A stretch of 63,981 bases of DNA, filler included, from Bigelowiella natans CCMP2755 (taxonomy: Eukaryota; Protista; Cercozoa): the NCBI GenBank assembly GCA_000320545.1. It is 5 parts of 5 records of this genome, joined end to end, with 100 filler letters (N's around TTAATTAATTAA, not from the genome) between each part and the next. Parts side by side here need not be neighbours in the genome. Positions count along the whole stretch, not along the records: positions 35,380 to 60,563 come from ADNK01000669.1; 4 more parts are not named here. One strand, given 5' to 3'. The position numbers were made by a program, and so were the translations under genes. How positions within the stretch are numbered: the stretch's first letter is position 1; each line of letters begins with the position of its first letter. Shown piece by piece: positions 37,766 through 50,237 of the stretch. The notes beneath the pieces are model-generated. The model was not told where the DNA came from and did no database searches. It saw nothing but the letters and a program-made list of their open reading frames with translations.

Positions 37766-40120
37766 TCGCATAAGTTGTGTCTGGCTTGGACTTGAGGCGT
37801 TCACAAGGCAATAGGCATCCGCTCTCCCTGTACCCCCCACCACAGCAAATAACCCATGAAGAAGCTTCTAAGACAGTTGCAGATTTGTTCGTAGCACACG
37901 CGCGGTAATACTTCCCGAAGTCTTACCTGCACACACACCCACGCCTATTTTTCTTCACATCTTGGCATATGCACCTACTGCATACATGATTAGATTGAAA
38001 TAAAGGGAAAGCGCAAAAGTTGTCAATATTGATCAATGGCAAAGCGACTAAATGCTAGACTTTTTGTTCCCACTGAATCTGCATTTGGCATGCATTCCAC
38101 CATGGATTCTAAGGCATGTTTAAAAACAACTGACACATTGACGGATGACATGTAGACACAAAGATTTCTAGATTTGTGGTGTACGCAGTTTATTCCATGT
38201 CTATGATGCCAGGGCAAGTTTCGGCGATGACTACGTTCATGGACAGCATGCATGTGTCACATGAGACACGCACCTCGTTGGCTCGTTGCTACGCGAGATT
38301 TGCCATTGTGATAAAAAAACGCGAAATTGTGAGCTATGACGTGAACATCGTGTCATTGTTGCAATTCGCCATATTAGCTCCTTCGCATGCAAGTGGATAT
38401 GACTAGATGAAGCTTTGTGCACAATTCACGAACTGTACATACACGCTAGCGCGCATGGCATGCACGCACACTGTCAATGGACACAGCACAGACAACGCAT
38501 TCATCGCTTGCTCAGCATGCGTGCGCCTGCGTCGATATCTAAATGTCGATCTACACGTCATCGTCCAAGGATGCCATGCTAGCATGCAGGTGTGCATGAT
38601 CAAGCACACATAGACATGTTATCGCAATGAACACAACACACAATGCAATCTGTGTCCAATTATTCCAATCACAAATCATTTGCCTGTCACGTCTAGCAGC
38701 TACAACCTAGCATGCCATTGCGCATGTCTGTCATTAGCCCTGCTAATTGCGTCCGTTGCACGCTTGCACCTCCGAACCTCGAGAGCGAGTCTAGCATTGC
38801 TACAATCGATCGGAGCCATTCAACCATGCTAGCATGCTGGCTAGCTGGCATGTGCACGACTAGATAGGCAGATTGGACACTGCAAACATTGCAGACACTG
38901 CTTCATGAAAAGTGGCATTTTGTGTGTGTAGCTGTGCTTCTAGCTGTTGTTATTGATAATAGACTTGTTGTGCATTGCATGTCTGTCATAGTGAAAGTCA
39001 TCGAAAGATCTTTGCATCACCCATGCGCCCTGCACACAGCTTTCGTGCAAGATTCCAACGGTTCACATGCTAGCATGCTGCAATTGCACATGCGACATGA
39101 AATCGGCTTCATTGTCGCTGAGTCGCATCCTGCATCTTCATGCATGCACATGGCAAAACTGCAAAATCTATTAGAAAGCTAGAATGTTGTTCAGGAGAAG
39201 GTTGACCACATGCCGTGAGACCAAATTTGTTCTTTTTTGCTTTTTGCATCGCAATGAAATGAACCCAGACCTCTTCTCCTTCAGATGAAACAGCTAACAA
39301 TTGTTTTCAGGATGCCACCGCCGTGGTGAGTGGGTGAATGTTTTCGATCAAAGTTCGCATCTTGCGCTCAACGACAAATGATGGTCTTGTCTTCACATCC
39401 TTCGATGTTTGATGAGTTCATTGGTCATGCAAAGCATGTGTTGTACGTTGTTTGTGGAACACATGCAACAGCTCCATGTTGTGCATTCCATCGAATGCTG
39501 TCATTGAGGGCATGGCATCTACCGACGATGAACAGCGAACAACATCGCATCACAATTTGTCTTCTCATTTGGCTTCCTGCTGAACCGAGCTGATGTCAAT
39601 CTGTCACAGTTACGAACGTAAACAGATTGTAGCAGCATCCTTGTCGCGCATGAACAATGAACACACACGGCATGTGCGTGTGCATGCTGGCATGCCGCAC
39701 CCAACGACCTACAGCTGATTGTGTGCAACACCATGCATGCGCTTTGTGCGCACAGCTCTGCACACCTGCACACAGATTGGGAACGCATGGAATTCGTTGC
39801 AAAAAGTCTTGCATGTCTGTTGTCTTGATTTCAAATTGAACAATGAGACCTAATCCAATTGAGATGATGAGAGGATGTCCTCCATCTTGATTTGTCGTGA
39901 AGTGTTTCTTGGTGCACTTCAAACTCTCACTTCGATCTCTGGCTCTAGCACAACATCAGGCACAACATCAACTACTAGACGGCGGTAACAGCTGCTGTCC
40001 ACACCATCTGGCATTTGCGGTGACTTTGAAGATCATGATAGACATAGTGATGCACACATGTTGCATTGCGTTGTCCATGATGATCCCCAAAAAAAACCAT
40101 CATGAATTCCAATTCCTGAA

Positions 40121-40609
40121 AAATCCACTATGAAAACTCTCATGTTCAGGAATGTCATCCAATAGTGTCGGTAGTTTTTTTCTACAAGTTATCAAATCTA
40201 CGTAAGTATAATTCTCATCAAATTTAACGTATTTGTATTGGTCGTTAATATTGATTCTCGCATACTTTTTTTTTCCTGTGGTAACTAATCTCAACGTTAT
40301 CTCGCCGTCATGCGTTACTGTTTTTCCTGCTAGTTTGTCTTCGGGGTGTAACATTTTACCATTTGACAAATCCACTATAAAAACTCTCATCTTCAGGAAT
40401 GTCATCCAATAGTGTCGGTAGTTTTTTTCTACTAGTTATCAAATCTACGTAAGTATAATTCTCATCAAACTTAACGTATTTGTATTGGTCGTTAATAATG
40501 ATTCTCGCATACTTTTTTTTTCCTGTGGTAACTAATCTCAACGTTATCTCGCCGTCATGCGTTACTGTTTTTCCTGCTAGTTTGTCTTCGGGGTGTAACG
40601 TTTTACCAT
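40121..40609. repeat. Tandem duplication of about 242 bp (period 247)
   Basis: 40121-40362 and 40368-40609 are near-identical. Confidence 0.95.
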
Positions 40610-41402
40610 AAGATATTAGAAGCAAATTATAAAATCTTTTTAAGAATGGTTTATCTCTATGCATTTTGTCAACCAAAGTTGATACTTTCTCTTCTAGAGA
40701 CTCAACTTGATATTGAAAATTATTGTTACTTCCTCCGATGGTCACTAGTGTCCATCCCCTCATCTTAAACCAATCACCCTTGTTGTAAGTTCCAAATGAA
40801 CCTGGGGGGTTAAGGAGGTTTTGACCAATTCTGTGGAAAAATCGAAGTGTAGTTTCTCCATTGATGTTGAAATCAGAAAGATTTCTAGTGACATCGTCAT
40901 CCCCTATATCTGGTAAGAATTTGTCAAGTCCTAGTTTTGGCCATGATTTGTTTTCCGTTTTTAGCACAACAGCTTCAGGAGGGATATCATACTTAGATTC
41001 AATTTTTAGTTTGTGTTGTATAAACTTAGCTTCTCCATCATCCATTCTATCTATCCATTCCTTCAATATGCGATGGATCAAATCCTTTACGGTGTTGTTA
41101 CTTGTCATTTGAACAGTACAGTAAAGGTCCCTTTCAATGTGTACATTGAATGGTGTACTCTCAGGAAAGTCGGATTTCTTCGCTAATCCCATTCCATTTG
41201 CATTTCTTCTTCCAGGCGCTGTTGTTGTCACATCTTCCGGTTTTTTCATCTCGTATTTGGCTTTCTCCTTGGTACCTTGGGAGTGGGGAAGAAAATATTG
41301 GTCAGTAACGGCTGAGGGGGAGGGGGCGGGTGCACAAGAGTCTGAGGCTTGCGTGTTTGGGTTGTTACGATTACAGAAACTGTTCTTAAATGGCGCGCGC
41401 AC
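40356..41402 (-). CDS. AT-rich hypothetical protein with weak ubiquitin-like segments; possibly decaying (3' tandem duplication with frameshift)
   Basis: 348-aa ORF containing TVKDLIHRI...RNLSDFNINGETTLRF and LLLISYGKTLHPEDKL...ITLRLV, which resemble Ub-like folds. True start uncertain. Confidence 0.5.
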   Translation of the reverse strand: MRAPFKNSFCNRNNPNTQASDSCAPAPSPSAVTDQYFLPHSQGTKEKAKYEMKKPEDVTTTAPGRRNANGMGLAKKSDFPESTPFNVHIERDLYCTVQMTSNNTVKDLIHRILKEWIDRMDDGEAKFIQHKLKIESKYDIPPEAVVLKTENKSWPKLGLDKFLPDIGDDDVTRNLSDFNINGETTLRFFHRIGQNLLNPPGSFGTYNKGDWFKMRGWTLVTIGGSNNNFQYQVESLEEKVSTLVDKMHRDKPFLKRFYNLLLISYGKTLHPEDKLAGKTVTHDGEITLRLVTTGKKKYARIIINDQYKYVKFDENYTYVDLITSRKKLPTLLDDIPEDESFYSGFVKW

Positions 41403-41552
41403 ATCGTTGCCTCTTTTTTTTTAATTCTTCCCATGTTGCGAATATTTCTCATTCACAGCTCATCTAGTTATAGATAAATTGCTAGGATTCAAATTGGGAT
41501 CGAAGTAACATCATATTAACAGACAGCAAATTACGAATTCCTTTTTGTCGGT

Positions 41553-42215
41553 TTAAAGATTTGCCTTAGCTTTATTACCTTCTTTTACTGGAAGATACAT
41601 CTTTTGCCAATCTCCTACAGCATGCTCCAATTTTTCAGCAACGGCGACATCCACACCCTGTTTAGCTTTCATTGCGTATACCATCACAGCATGATGAGCT
41701 TTCAGGGCATCTACAAAATCCTTTTCTGTCTTGAAAGGAGACTTCGGAGAGCCTACAGGTTTCACGCGTTGGCAAAGACAGTATTCAGAGATAGTTGTGA
41801 TAACGTTCTTGCAGTGTTCCTCCTTAGTCATCACCCAACGTGTCATCTGGTTGAAGTTGAGAGGTGTGGACGATTTCGAAAGCTCATTGATCTGCACCAT
41901 CGCTTTGCGAATGGTTGCACATGCCTCCTTAAGCTCGGATACAGTTTTGGGGTCATTAAAAATTCCACAAGGTACTTGGCAGTGACCTCCGGGAAGTCGC
42001 ATGGAAAGCATGAGCGTGCTACTAGATTCGATATTCAGATCCTTCAAAGTCTGCTCTGGTCGATCCAAGTTCTTTCCAGCGTAGGAAAGGACCGCCTGCT
42101 CCTTCATAAGGCCCGTCTTTTCCTCTACCATACCAAGCACCTCTCCTACCTTCTGAGACGAGGATACGTCGAGGGCAATACTCTTTCCGTCAATGCCAGA
42201 CACGTAAACTTGCAT
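41553..42215 (-). CDS. sodN: Ubiquitin-like domain fused to nickel superoxide dismutase
   Basis: MQVYVSGIDGKSIALDV...LSMRLPGG immediately followed by the Ni-hook HCQVPCGIFNDP, then NQMTRWVMTKEEHC. Intronless. Confidence 0.95.
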   Translation of the reverse strand: MQVYVSGIDGKSIALDVSSSQKVGEVLGMVEEKTGLMKEQAVLSYAGKNLDRPEQTLKDLNIESSSTLMLSMRLPGGHCQVPCGIFNDPKTVSELKEACATIRKAMVQINELSKSSTPLNFNQMTRWVMTKEEHCKNVITTISEYCLCQRVKPVGSPKSPFKTEKDFVDALKAHHAVMVYAMKAKQGVDVAVAEKLEHAVGDWQKMYLPVKEGNKAKANL

Positions 42216-42299
42216 GATATTATCTTCGGGTGGGGTGGGTTGATAAGAAATAAGTCGTATTATTTCAGATAAATATTTAGGTATATAAATCCTTGTCGC

Positions 42300-45200
42300 A
42301 TGTTAAAAATACAGGGATTTTCTTGGCGTTTCGCCTTGGCAACCTCTCTTCTGGCGACTCTCCTGCTTTGTGCAGGTAGATCTAGATCTACTCTACAGTT
42401 GAGTGGCTGGCGCTGGCAGTCGGGCTGGCAGCGTCTGCCCTTTGAAGAGGAGGGTGAGCTCCATTCAGGATGCGGGTCTTTCTGTGGAGTATGATGCTTG
42501 TCCTCAGCGAAACCCGCAGCAGGAGCGACTACTGCATCGTAATGGAAAACGATTGATAACAACTTTGAATGTCATGCCTGTGGAATTGAGCAGCTCGCTC
42601 CGGGCAGCCGTGTGTTCTCTCGCAGCCCACATTCCTTGACTATCGCCTTTTCCCTTGTAGATTGGAGGGGGTCCAGCGGGGCTGCAAATGGCGCATTTCA
42701 TGCAAAATTCTAAGAAGCCCATGGACTATGTCGTGTTCGAGAGGCACTCGAGGCCTGCAAGTTTCTTCCAGAAATTTCCCCGTCATCGAAAGCTCATATC
42801 CATCAATAAGAGGTCTATCTATGGTGCCGTTCGTGCCCTGGAAAAATCACATGGATACCCTGCGCATCCTCACGTCATCCACAAATATTTCGGCCTCTTA
42901 CGGTTTCAGGTACACGGGCAGAAACTCGTCGACTCCTGAAAATCGGGAGTATAATCTAAGACATGACTGGCATTCCTTCATCACTGATGATGATGGCCTT
43001 CTATTCAAAGATTTCTCCGAGAAGTACTTTCCATCGGCAGACGAGTGAGTTCCCTACTAATTTTTCAGTTTCTCTAAGAGAAACCCAGCTCCTCGTGCGT
43101 GCGGGGTAGGCAAAGAACAAAACGCCTCAAAACAAAATATATTGGTTCTGATGAAGATAATCTGTGTTTATATTCCGCCCAAAATAAACAGATATCTGCA
43201 ATATGTGGAGGCATTTGTGAGGAGAACGAAACCTCTCATCAAATATCGACACAGTGTTACAGGCGTAGGAAGAATAAAGGCAAATAGCAGCATCAACGCT
43301 GGCATAGCCAATAAGCACGACAGGTATCTTTACGTGCTACACATCGAGAAGGGTGTGCAAGCTCAAAAAGGCGGATCTTCGTTACCGGAAAATGGCCCTT
43401 CTGATTCCGCTTCTTCTGATGCTGCGGATGCGAGTGGCCAAACGATGATGAAAAGGGGAAAAAAGAAGAAAATGTGGTTTTGCAAGCGCCTGCTTATTGC
43501 CACAGGAATGGCGAAGGAGAACGTACCAGACTGGGAGGGCGTTGAGCTGACCGAAAGCTACGGCACATACGACACCGACCCGACGAAGTACTCGAATAAG
43601 ACTGTAGCAGTGATTGGGGGCGGGAACGCTGCATTCGAGGTCGTCGCGGCGATCATGGGAGAGGCTGCCTCTGTCCGGCAATATGCATGGAAACGACGAA
43701 TGGCGGAGAACACGCACTACCCAGGATCACTGCGCTCGGTGAATTCCGTGCCCCTGGACAACCAGATGCTCAAGACTCAAGACGCGTTTTTCCTGCGTCC
43801 TTTCTCCCTCGAGACAATTAGAGTCCGCAAGCAAATGCACAGGGGGAGGGAGAAGCTGTGCATGATCGGCGCGGAGGAGGAGGGCGTTCGCGAAGCTGGG
43901 CAGTTGGGGAACCAGACCGCACGAGGATATATGCTCAGCAACTCCCAGCGCTACAAGTACCGCGCGCGTCACTGCTACGACCACATCATCCGCTGCACTG
44001 GGTTTGTTTTCGACCGTAGCGTTTTGGGGAAATTGGCTAGGAAGCTGTCATTCACTGTCCACAAGGGTAAGGCGAAGTATCCCCACATCGACAACAACTT
44101 CGAGGCCGTGGGAGCGCTCCGGAATGTCTTCTTCCTCGGCACCAACGCGCACTCTCTGGACTTCCAGCTCTCCTCGGGCGGGCTCGTGCACGGGTTTCGC
44201 TACACGATTCGGAACCTGTTCAGCCATCTCCAGCGACGCTTCCACAACATCGCATGGCCGCACAAAAACCTCACGCTGCTCGGCGATGATTTCCGGGAGC
44301 ATCTGATCTACCGCTATGGAAGCGCGTCGTCCATGTACCAGATGTTTGATGTGATGTGCGATGTGGCGGTTATTAGCTCCCGGGAGGGTCAGGGCCACGT
44401 GGTGTATTACTACGACGTGCTTGCCAAGGACGTCCTCGGGTAGCGAAGACATCATAAATAACGTCGTTGTTGAATCTTTGACGGGCGATGCTGACGATGA
44501 TTGCCATGACGACGACGACGATGATAATGATAATGATGATGATGACTAAAGACTGATCACCGTTTCTGATGATGAATGGGAGGAAAGGGGGGATGGAAAT
44601 ATGTTGTGTTTGAAAGCATGCCCCGGAAAAAATAAATGTAGAGTCTAAATAAATGAATCTACGACTATGCACCAAATCATAGTCGGTCTTTGCGAGCGAA
44701 TGATAGATACAAATTTAATCAGGTTCCTCCGAGGAATCTACGGAGACGACGGCCCGCGCGACTTCGAGTACGTCACGCTGAGCTTTGAGTATATGCCAGA
44801 GCTGGACAACGAGATGGTTTGGGGCGACGGGACTCCTAGCGATGACCCCTCCAAGCCACATAACAACCAATTCGTACATCCAACGATACGGTCAGTCGAG
44901 TGAGGGAAACAAAAAAAGCAACACCGACATCAAAATACTCCGAGGCTATGTTTAATTCACCCTTTTCGCCCTCCTCGCGAACGAAACTTCTCGCAGCATA
45001 AATTCTTAATCGATATGGAAAAATCACTGCTATCTTGGTTTTTGCTGCTAGGTACTGGAACACTGCCGGGCAGCCCGCGTATAAGAGCGTGCATGCTTGG
45101 GCGCTGCAAAGGCTCATCCCCAGAGCTGCCGTTGAGCTTTACTTGCTCGAAGACGTCAAGCTGCGGTTCCAAAACCCGGTTTTCCATCTTCTCCCGTTGG

Positions 45201-45373
45201 ACAAATTCCTCGAACGAATCCGGAAAGCGCCGGTCACTGTCGCCGACGAGGAATATGCAATGCCTTGGCTCTGCCCAGAGTGTGACACGCCCAGGCCCTC
45301 TTGGCGAGAGAATCTGAAGAAAAAATGTACCAACAAGGGTGTCCACGAAGGTGTTTGCAAGGCGCTGCGGTGA
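42300..45373 (+). CDS. FAD-dependent oxidoreductase, FOXRED2/ERFAD-like, with signal peptide
   Basis: [13 protein letters not shown]...DYVVFER...[71 protein letters not shown]. Confidence 0.88.
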
Positions 45374-46256
45374 CGCGTGCCTTCTATGAAGAAGTGTGCA
45401 TGTACAAGCCACGCGAGATTTGTTTGGGGAGCTGCCATAGAAAAGAATAAACAAAGAAGGCTGGAAGGAGGTGAAACAGTTGGGAAACACTGACAGCGGT
45501 GGAATGAACGCGCATCAACAATTGTGCCTCGGCGTGGCATCATGGGTATTTCAAGTGATGAGCCAAAAAGAACACACGGATGTCTATACTGTAGCCATTG
45601 CATTCTCGTGATTGGCAAGCAGGCAAGGCCCACAGCTTTGTGTCTGCATTTCTGTACTAATTTTACCTATCAAGGATTCTCCTGATCGCGAACATAGACG
45701 TGCATGCTACATGGCATGTGACAGAGCATCTTGCATCATGGCACACGACACAATGACGCTAGCGAACAACGCATGCAGAGACGCACACATGCATGGCAAC
45801 TACGAAACTACTTGCGATCGTTGTGGCATGCTTCTTCTTGCTACTACATGAATTCCGCGTCATTTTTGCACTTCGTTTTGGTGTTGAAAGATTTAATGTC
45901 TGCTTGTGGCTAGTTCAATGAACCCCAATGGCACTCCGAACATTACGGCTTGCATGGTCTTTCCACCGTGCGCTCTCTTGCTAGCTACATGCACTGTTAT
46001 TGCCGTATGTGCGCACATAGCTAGCTACAGGCACATCACTGGGTTTGGATGACCAGCTGCCTGCACTGTTTGCGAGGCCCGTGCAATCTTCCGCAAAAAA
46101 ACAAAGTTACACGGCAGCGAGCTGCACGCAGCGTAGAAATATGTGGTGGGCATCGCGCTATAAGTTCTTTTGAAATGTACACGTGTAATCAGAGGACGGT
46201 TGCGATCGATACTCACAGCACATTTCCGCTTCTCTTCCTTTGCGGGGCTTAAGTGT

Positions 46257-47316
46257 TTACTTCCCAGCTTGCTTTTTCCAAGCAGCAATCCATGCTTCAG
46301 CACTTGGTCTAGCGCCTCCGGTAGCTGGCGCGGAAGACGTTGCATAGCTCGTATCAGCTGAATCTCCAATAACGGCTGCAGCTGCTGCTCCGACAACAGC
46401 AACTCCAATGGGTGCGAGCTTGCTGGTGTCCGAACTAATGATAGTGGCAGACGATAGTGATGATAATGATGATGATAATGATGATGATAATGAAGATCAT
46501 GATGATGATGATGATGATGATAGAAGGTCGAAAGCTGTGGTGATTGATGGGCGAAGAAAAAGAACCTTGCTACCCCTAGAAGGGGACAAGGACACGAAAA
46601 AGGCACCGGCGTGTATGTGCATGTGCATATGCATTTTGCGCGTGTTCGCGCGCGCGCGTGTGTGTGCGTGTTTGCCTGGGTGCGTCTTCATGAGTAATCA
46701 TACCTAGAAGAAGAGGACGCTGCAGATGCTGCTGGCGCAGCAGGCTTAGCAGCCGGCTTCGCCTTCTCCACCAGAGGAGCCTTCTTAGACTCTGTGACAA
46801 CTTTTGCTGGGGGTGGGGTGGGCCGGTTTAGTCGGAGCAGGCGGCGCCTTCGGCGTTTCCTTCTTAGCTGGGGCTGCTGGAGGCGCTACAGGTGCAACCT
46901 CCTTCTTCGCTACTGGCGCCTCCTTCTTCGCTACTGGCTCCTCCTTCTTCGCTACTGGCGCTTCCTTCTTCGCTGCGGGCGCCTCCTGATAATTGGATTG
47001 GTCGTTGATGAGAGGGGGGGGGGGGGGGGGCAAGGGCAAGGGAGGCCAATAGCAACGCCCCTACCAACATCGGATAGCCCTTACGACATCCGAACCCGAC
47101 CGGACACGGAAAGGAGGGATGGAGGGTAGAGAAGGGATAGGGTTGAAATCACCAACCTGCTTCGGAGGGGTGGCCGCAGCAGGAACGTCAACCTTCAACG
47201 TTTTGGGGGGGGCAAACGTGACAGGGCCTTCGATCGACTTGCTTTTCTTGACTACAATATCAATTAAGAAGACGAGAGGAGGGGGGGGGGTGGAGAGGAG
47301 GGGGGGATGAGAGGGG

Positions 47317-47362
<46 letters not shown>

Positions 47363-48155
47363 TCTCTTGCATAGTTTTTTTAAGGGTATTTGGAGGGTAG
47401 AAGGCAGGCAGCACTACTGCTATTACCTGTATCGATGTTCCTCATGGCCTGGAACTCCTCACTGGTGCTGTACGACTTGGAGATATCGGCAAGGGACTGT
47501 GTCTGATCAGAGGCATGGGAGGGGGGGGGGGGGGCATTAGGTAGCCAGCATAGATAGATCATGCAGAGCACTTCAGCGACCAGCAAATCGGCTGGTACGC
47601 GCCAAGTTTAACTGCCAAACACCCTCATCAGGAAGCAGGAGCTGTACCTCAAATTGAGGAGGCTTCATGATCTTTCCACCCACCGTGAGGAATGCACCCC
47701 CGGCAGCTACCGCCGCAGCTAGGAGGCCGCCAGCTTGAACTGCGTCGTGCATATATAACAAGAATGCTGTGAAAAATCTGAATTCCTCCTTTTCTATTGT
47801 GCTGGCTGGTTGTTTCTGTCTGTACCCGCGTGCGTACGCGTGTGCGTGAGCGTGTGTGTGTACACGTGTGCGTGCAATTTGCAGAGTGTGTCAAATTGCC
47901 AACCAGCGATAGGGGGGATAAATTGACACCATATGTCATACACACACACATGCGCGCGCTCACATGTCTATATGTATATAGTAAAATTTTCTGTATATTT
48001 TATATGATTCAGTCATTTGCTTATGTGATAACCACCTGCTGCCAGTCCCTTAGTGACTCCGCTTTGTTGGCTGCACGCAAAGGAGAAATCGGGGGGTGGA
48101 GGGGGGGAAGGGGCAGAAGAATCGGATGGAGTAATCAGAAAGGTTCCGCGAATAC

Positions 48156-48188
<33 letters not shown>

Positions 48189-49237
48189 GCTAATCTCTAT
48201 CTAACGAACACAAATGATTGCCACTTCCACATATAATGCCGATGGGCGTGGGGAATTCTCATGTCGTTGGAAACGCTTGCTGCAGCCTATCGTTATTGTC
48301 TCACTTGAACTCAGTGATGCTCGCTCCGAGACCCTTTTGCGCTCCCTTTGCGTTCCCAAACTTGCTCTGGAGTGGAGGGGGGAACGGGGGGGGGATGTCA
48401 GATCATCGATGCGGATGTCGATTTTTTTGACGAAACTGAAAGATGTGCGCTGTTTCACTTCTAATACCGAAAGCAGGCATATGCGAGAGGGGGAGGCACA
48501 TATATTGAGATGTCAGATTGTATTACCACCGGAGAAGCTGGAGTTCTTGCAGGCTAGACATTGTTGCAAAACAAATCCATGGTGCGTGTAAGAAGACGCC
48601 AAAAACGAGCCAAACCGTGGGATGTTTCCCTCTCATCCTCTTCCCTCCCTTTCAACCTCCCCTCCCTCCCCTCTCCTCTCATTTTCCTTTACAATACGTG
48701 ATTGTCCTCAGCCCCCCACCCTCTCATCTAGCTTCAATCTGTTCCAATATCATCCTATCACTCCGTACATTCATCTCTCTACTACACCCAGAGAGCCACC
48801 CCCCCCCCCTCCCTCCTCCACCTCCTTCTCGGGTATGCTACCTTCTTCGCCGGCGCGGGCGCTGCTTTTTTTTTAGCTGCGAAGAGAGGCGCCTTGGCAG
48901 GAGCTTTAGGTGCTGCTGCTGCGACTTTTTTCTTTGGTGCTGGAGGAGCGACCTTCTTCACAGGGGCGGGAGGCGCTGCCTTTTTCTGCGGCAGAGCAAG
49001 CTTTGGCGCGGCCAGAACCTTCTTTGCAGCAGGGGGGGCAGTTTTCTTGATTGCCGTGCCAGCTTTCTTTGCAGCAGGGGGGGCAGTTTTCTTGATTGCC
49101 GTGCCAGCTTTCTTTGCTGAATGCGACCGACGTCACAGGTGCGGGAGGGGAGAGAATAGGAGGTTGGCTTGAGGTTGGGAGAGATGAGGATTGCTATCAC
49201 TCAAACAGCAGACAGAAATTATATGAACCAGTCATGA

Positions 49238-49313
<76 letters not shown>

Positions 49314-50237
49314 ATGTGTGGATTTCCCCTCCCTTCCTACCGCTCGCATAATGTTCAAATGAAAGATGAAAGTTGATAATTGATGATGATGAGCCAACCT
49401 GGAGATTTAATTCCTGCGGGGGTCTTCACTGGGGAGCCGCCTCCGCCGAGGAAATTAGCGAAAAGGCTGTAAAGCCAAACGATACAAGCATAGGTTAGAA
49501 TCAGGGTGGAGATGACTCTATGGATACTTTATGTGGTGGGGGATTTCGGGTGTGCATAAAGCCATTTTCACTTAATTGCATCATTACCCTTCAATTCCGG
49601 GTGCTTTTTTGCCTGGCGCAGGAGCAGCAGCTGTCTTGGCAGCAGGGGCCGCCTTTTTCGCTGGAGCCACCTTCTTCGTAGGAGCGGGAGCGGCTTTCTG
49701 AGCAAACTTTGGAAGGGCAAACTTGGGCGAAGAAGCCTTGGAGACCTTTGGAGCCAAAGACGGCCATCCGCACAAAATATCATGTTGCATGATAAGGAAG
49801 GAGATGAATGGGAGGGGAGCAGTAGGGATTGTAAATGACGAGAACCATCGTTTATATTGGGGGTATAGTGATACAATTATCGATAAGTGTTCCGAAAGAA
49901 AGAGGCAAAATGTGGAGCCCCCCCCCCCCATCACCTTTGGAGCAGGACTGGATTTCTTTTGAAGGGGCTTAGGTGCTGCCTTTTTCACTTTCGTGGCCAC
50001 AGGCGCAGCTTTCTTGATCTGCGTTGCGACCGGCGCAACCTTGGCCGCGACAATCTTAGTTCCAGTCTTGGTCAGGATTTGAGTCGCTGCTAGAGTCGCC
50101 GCTGCAGGCGTCTGAGGGCGCTGAGCGATGATACATGCCAGGAGCGCAAGTAAGGCCACGGTCAAGACCGCTACAACACTAGACCTGATATATCCAAAAC
50201 ACCAACGATTCGTGATTGAGCGAGGCTCGAGACTCAT
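46257..50237 (-). CDS. Ala/Pro/Lys-rich low-complexity protein with a signal (possibly bipartite) peptide and two Gly/Ala hydrophobic segments
   Basis: N-terminal VVAVLTVALLALLACIIA. Repeats KKAGTAIKKTAPPAA and KKEAPVA. GGLLAAAVAAGGAFLTV segment. C-terminus IGVAVVGAAAAAVIG...SAEAWIAAWKKQAGK*. The single-gene model is inferred. Confidence 0.6.

Noticed and set aside
38030-40130. CpG-methylation decay as the cause of the TG/CA excess
   Set aside because: CpG remains common in these patches, and 5mC deamination cannot remove TpA or spare CTAG.
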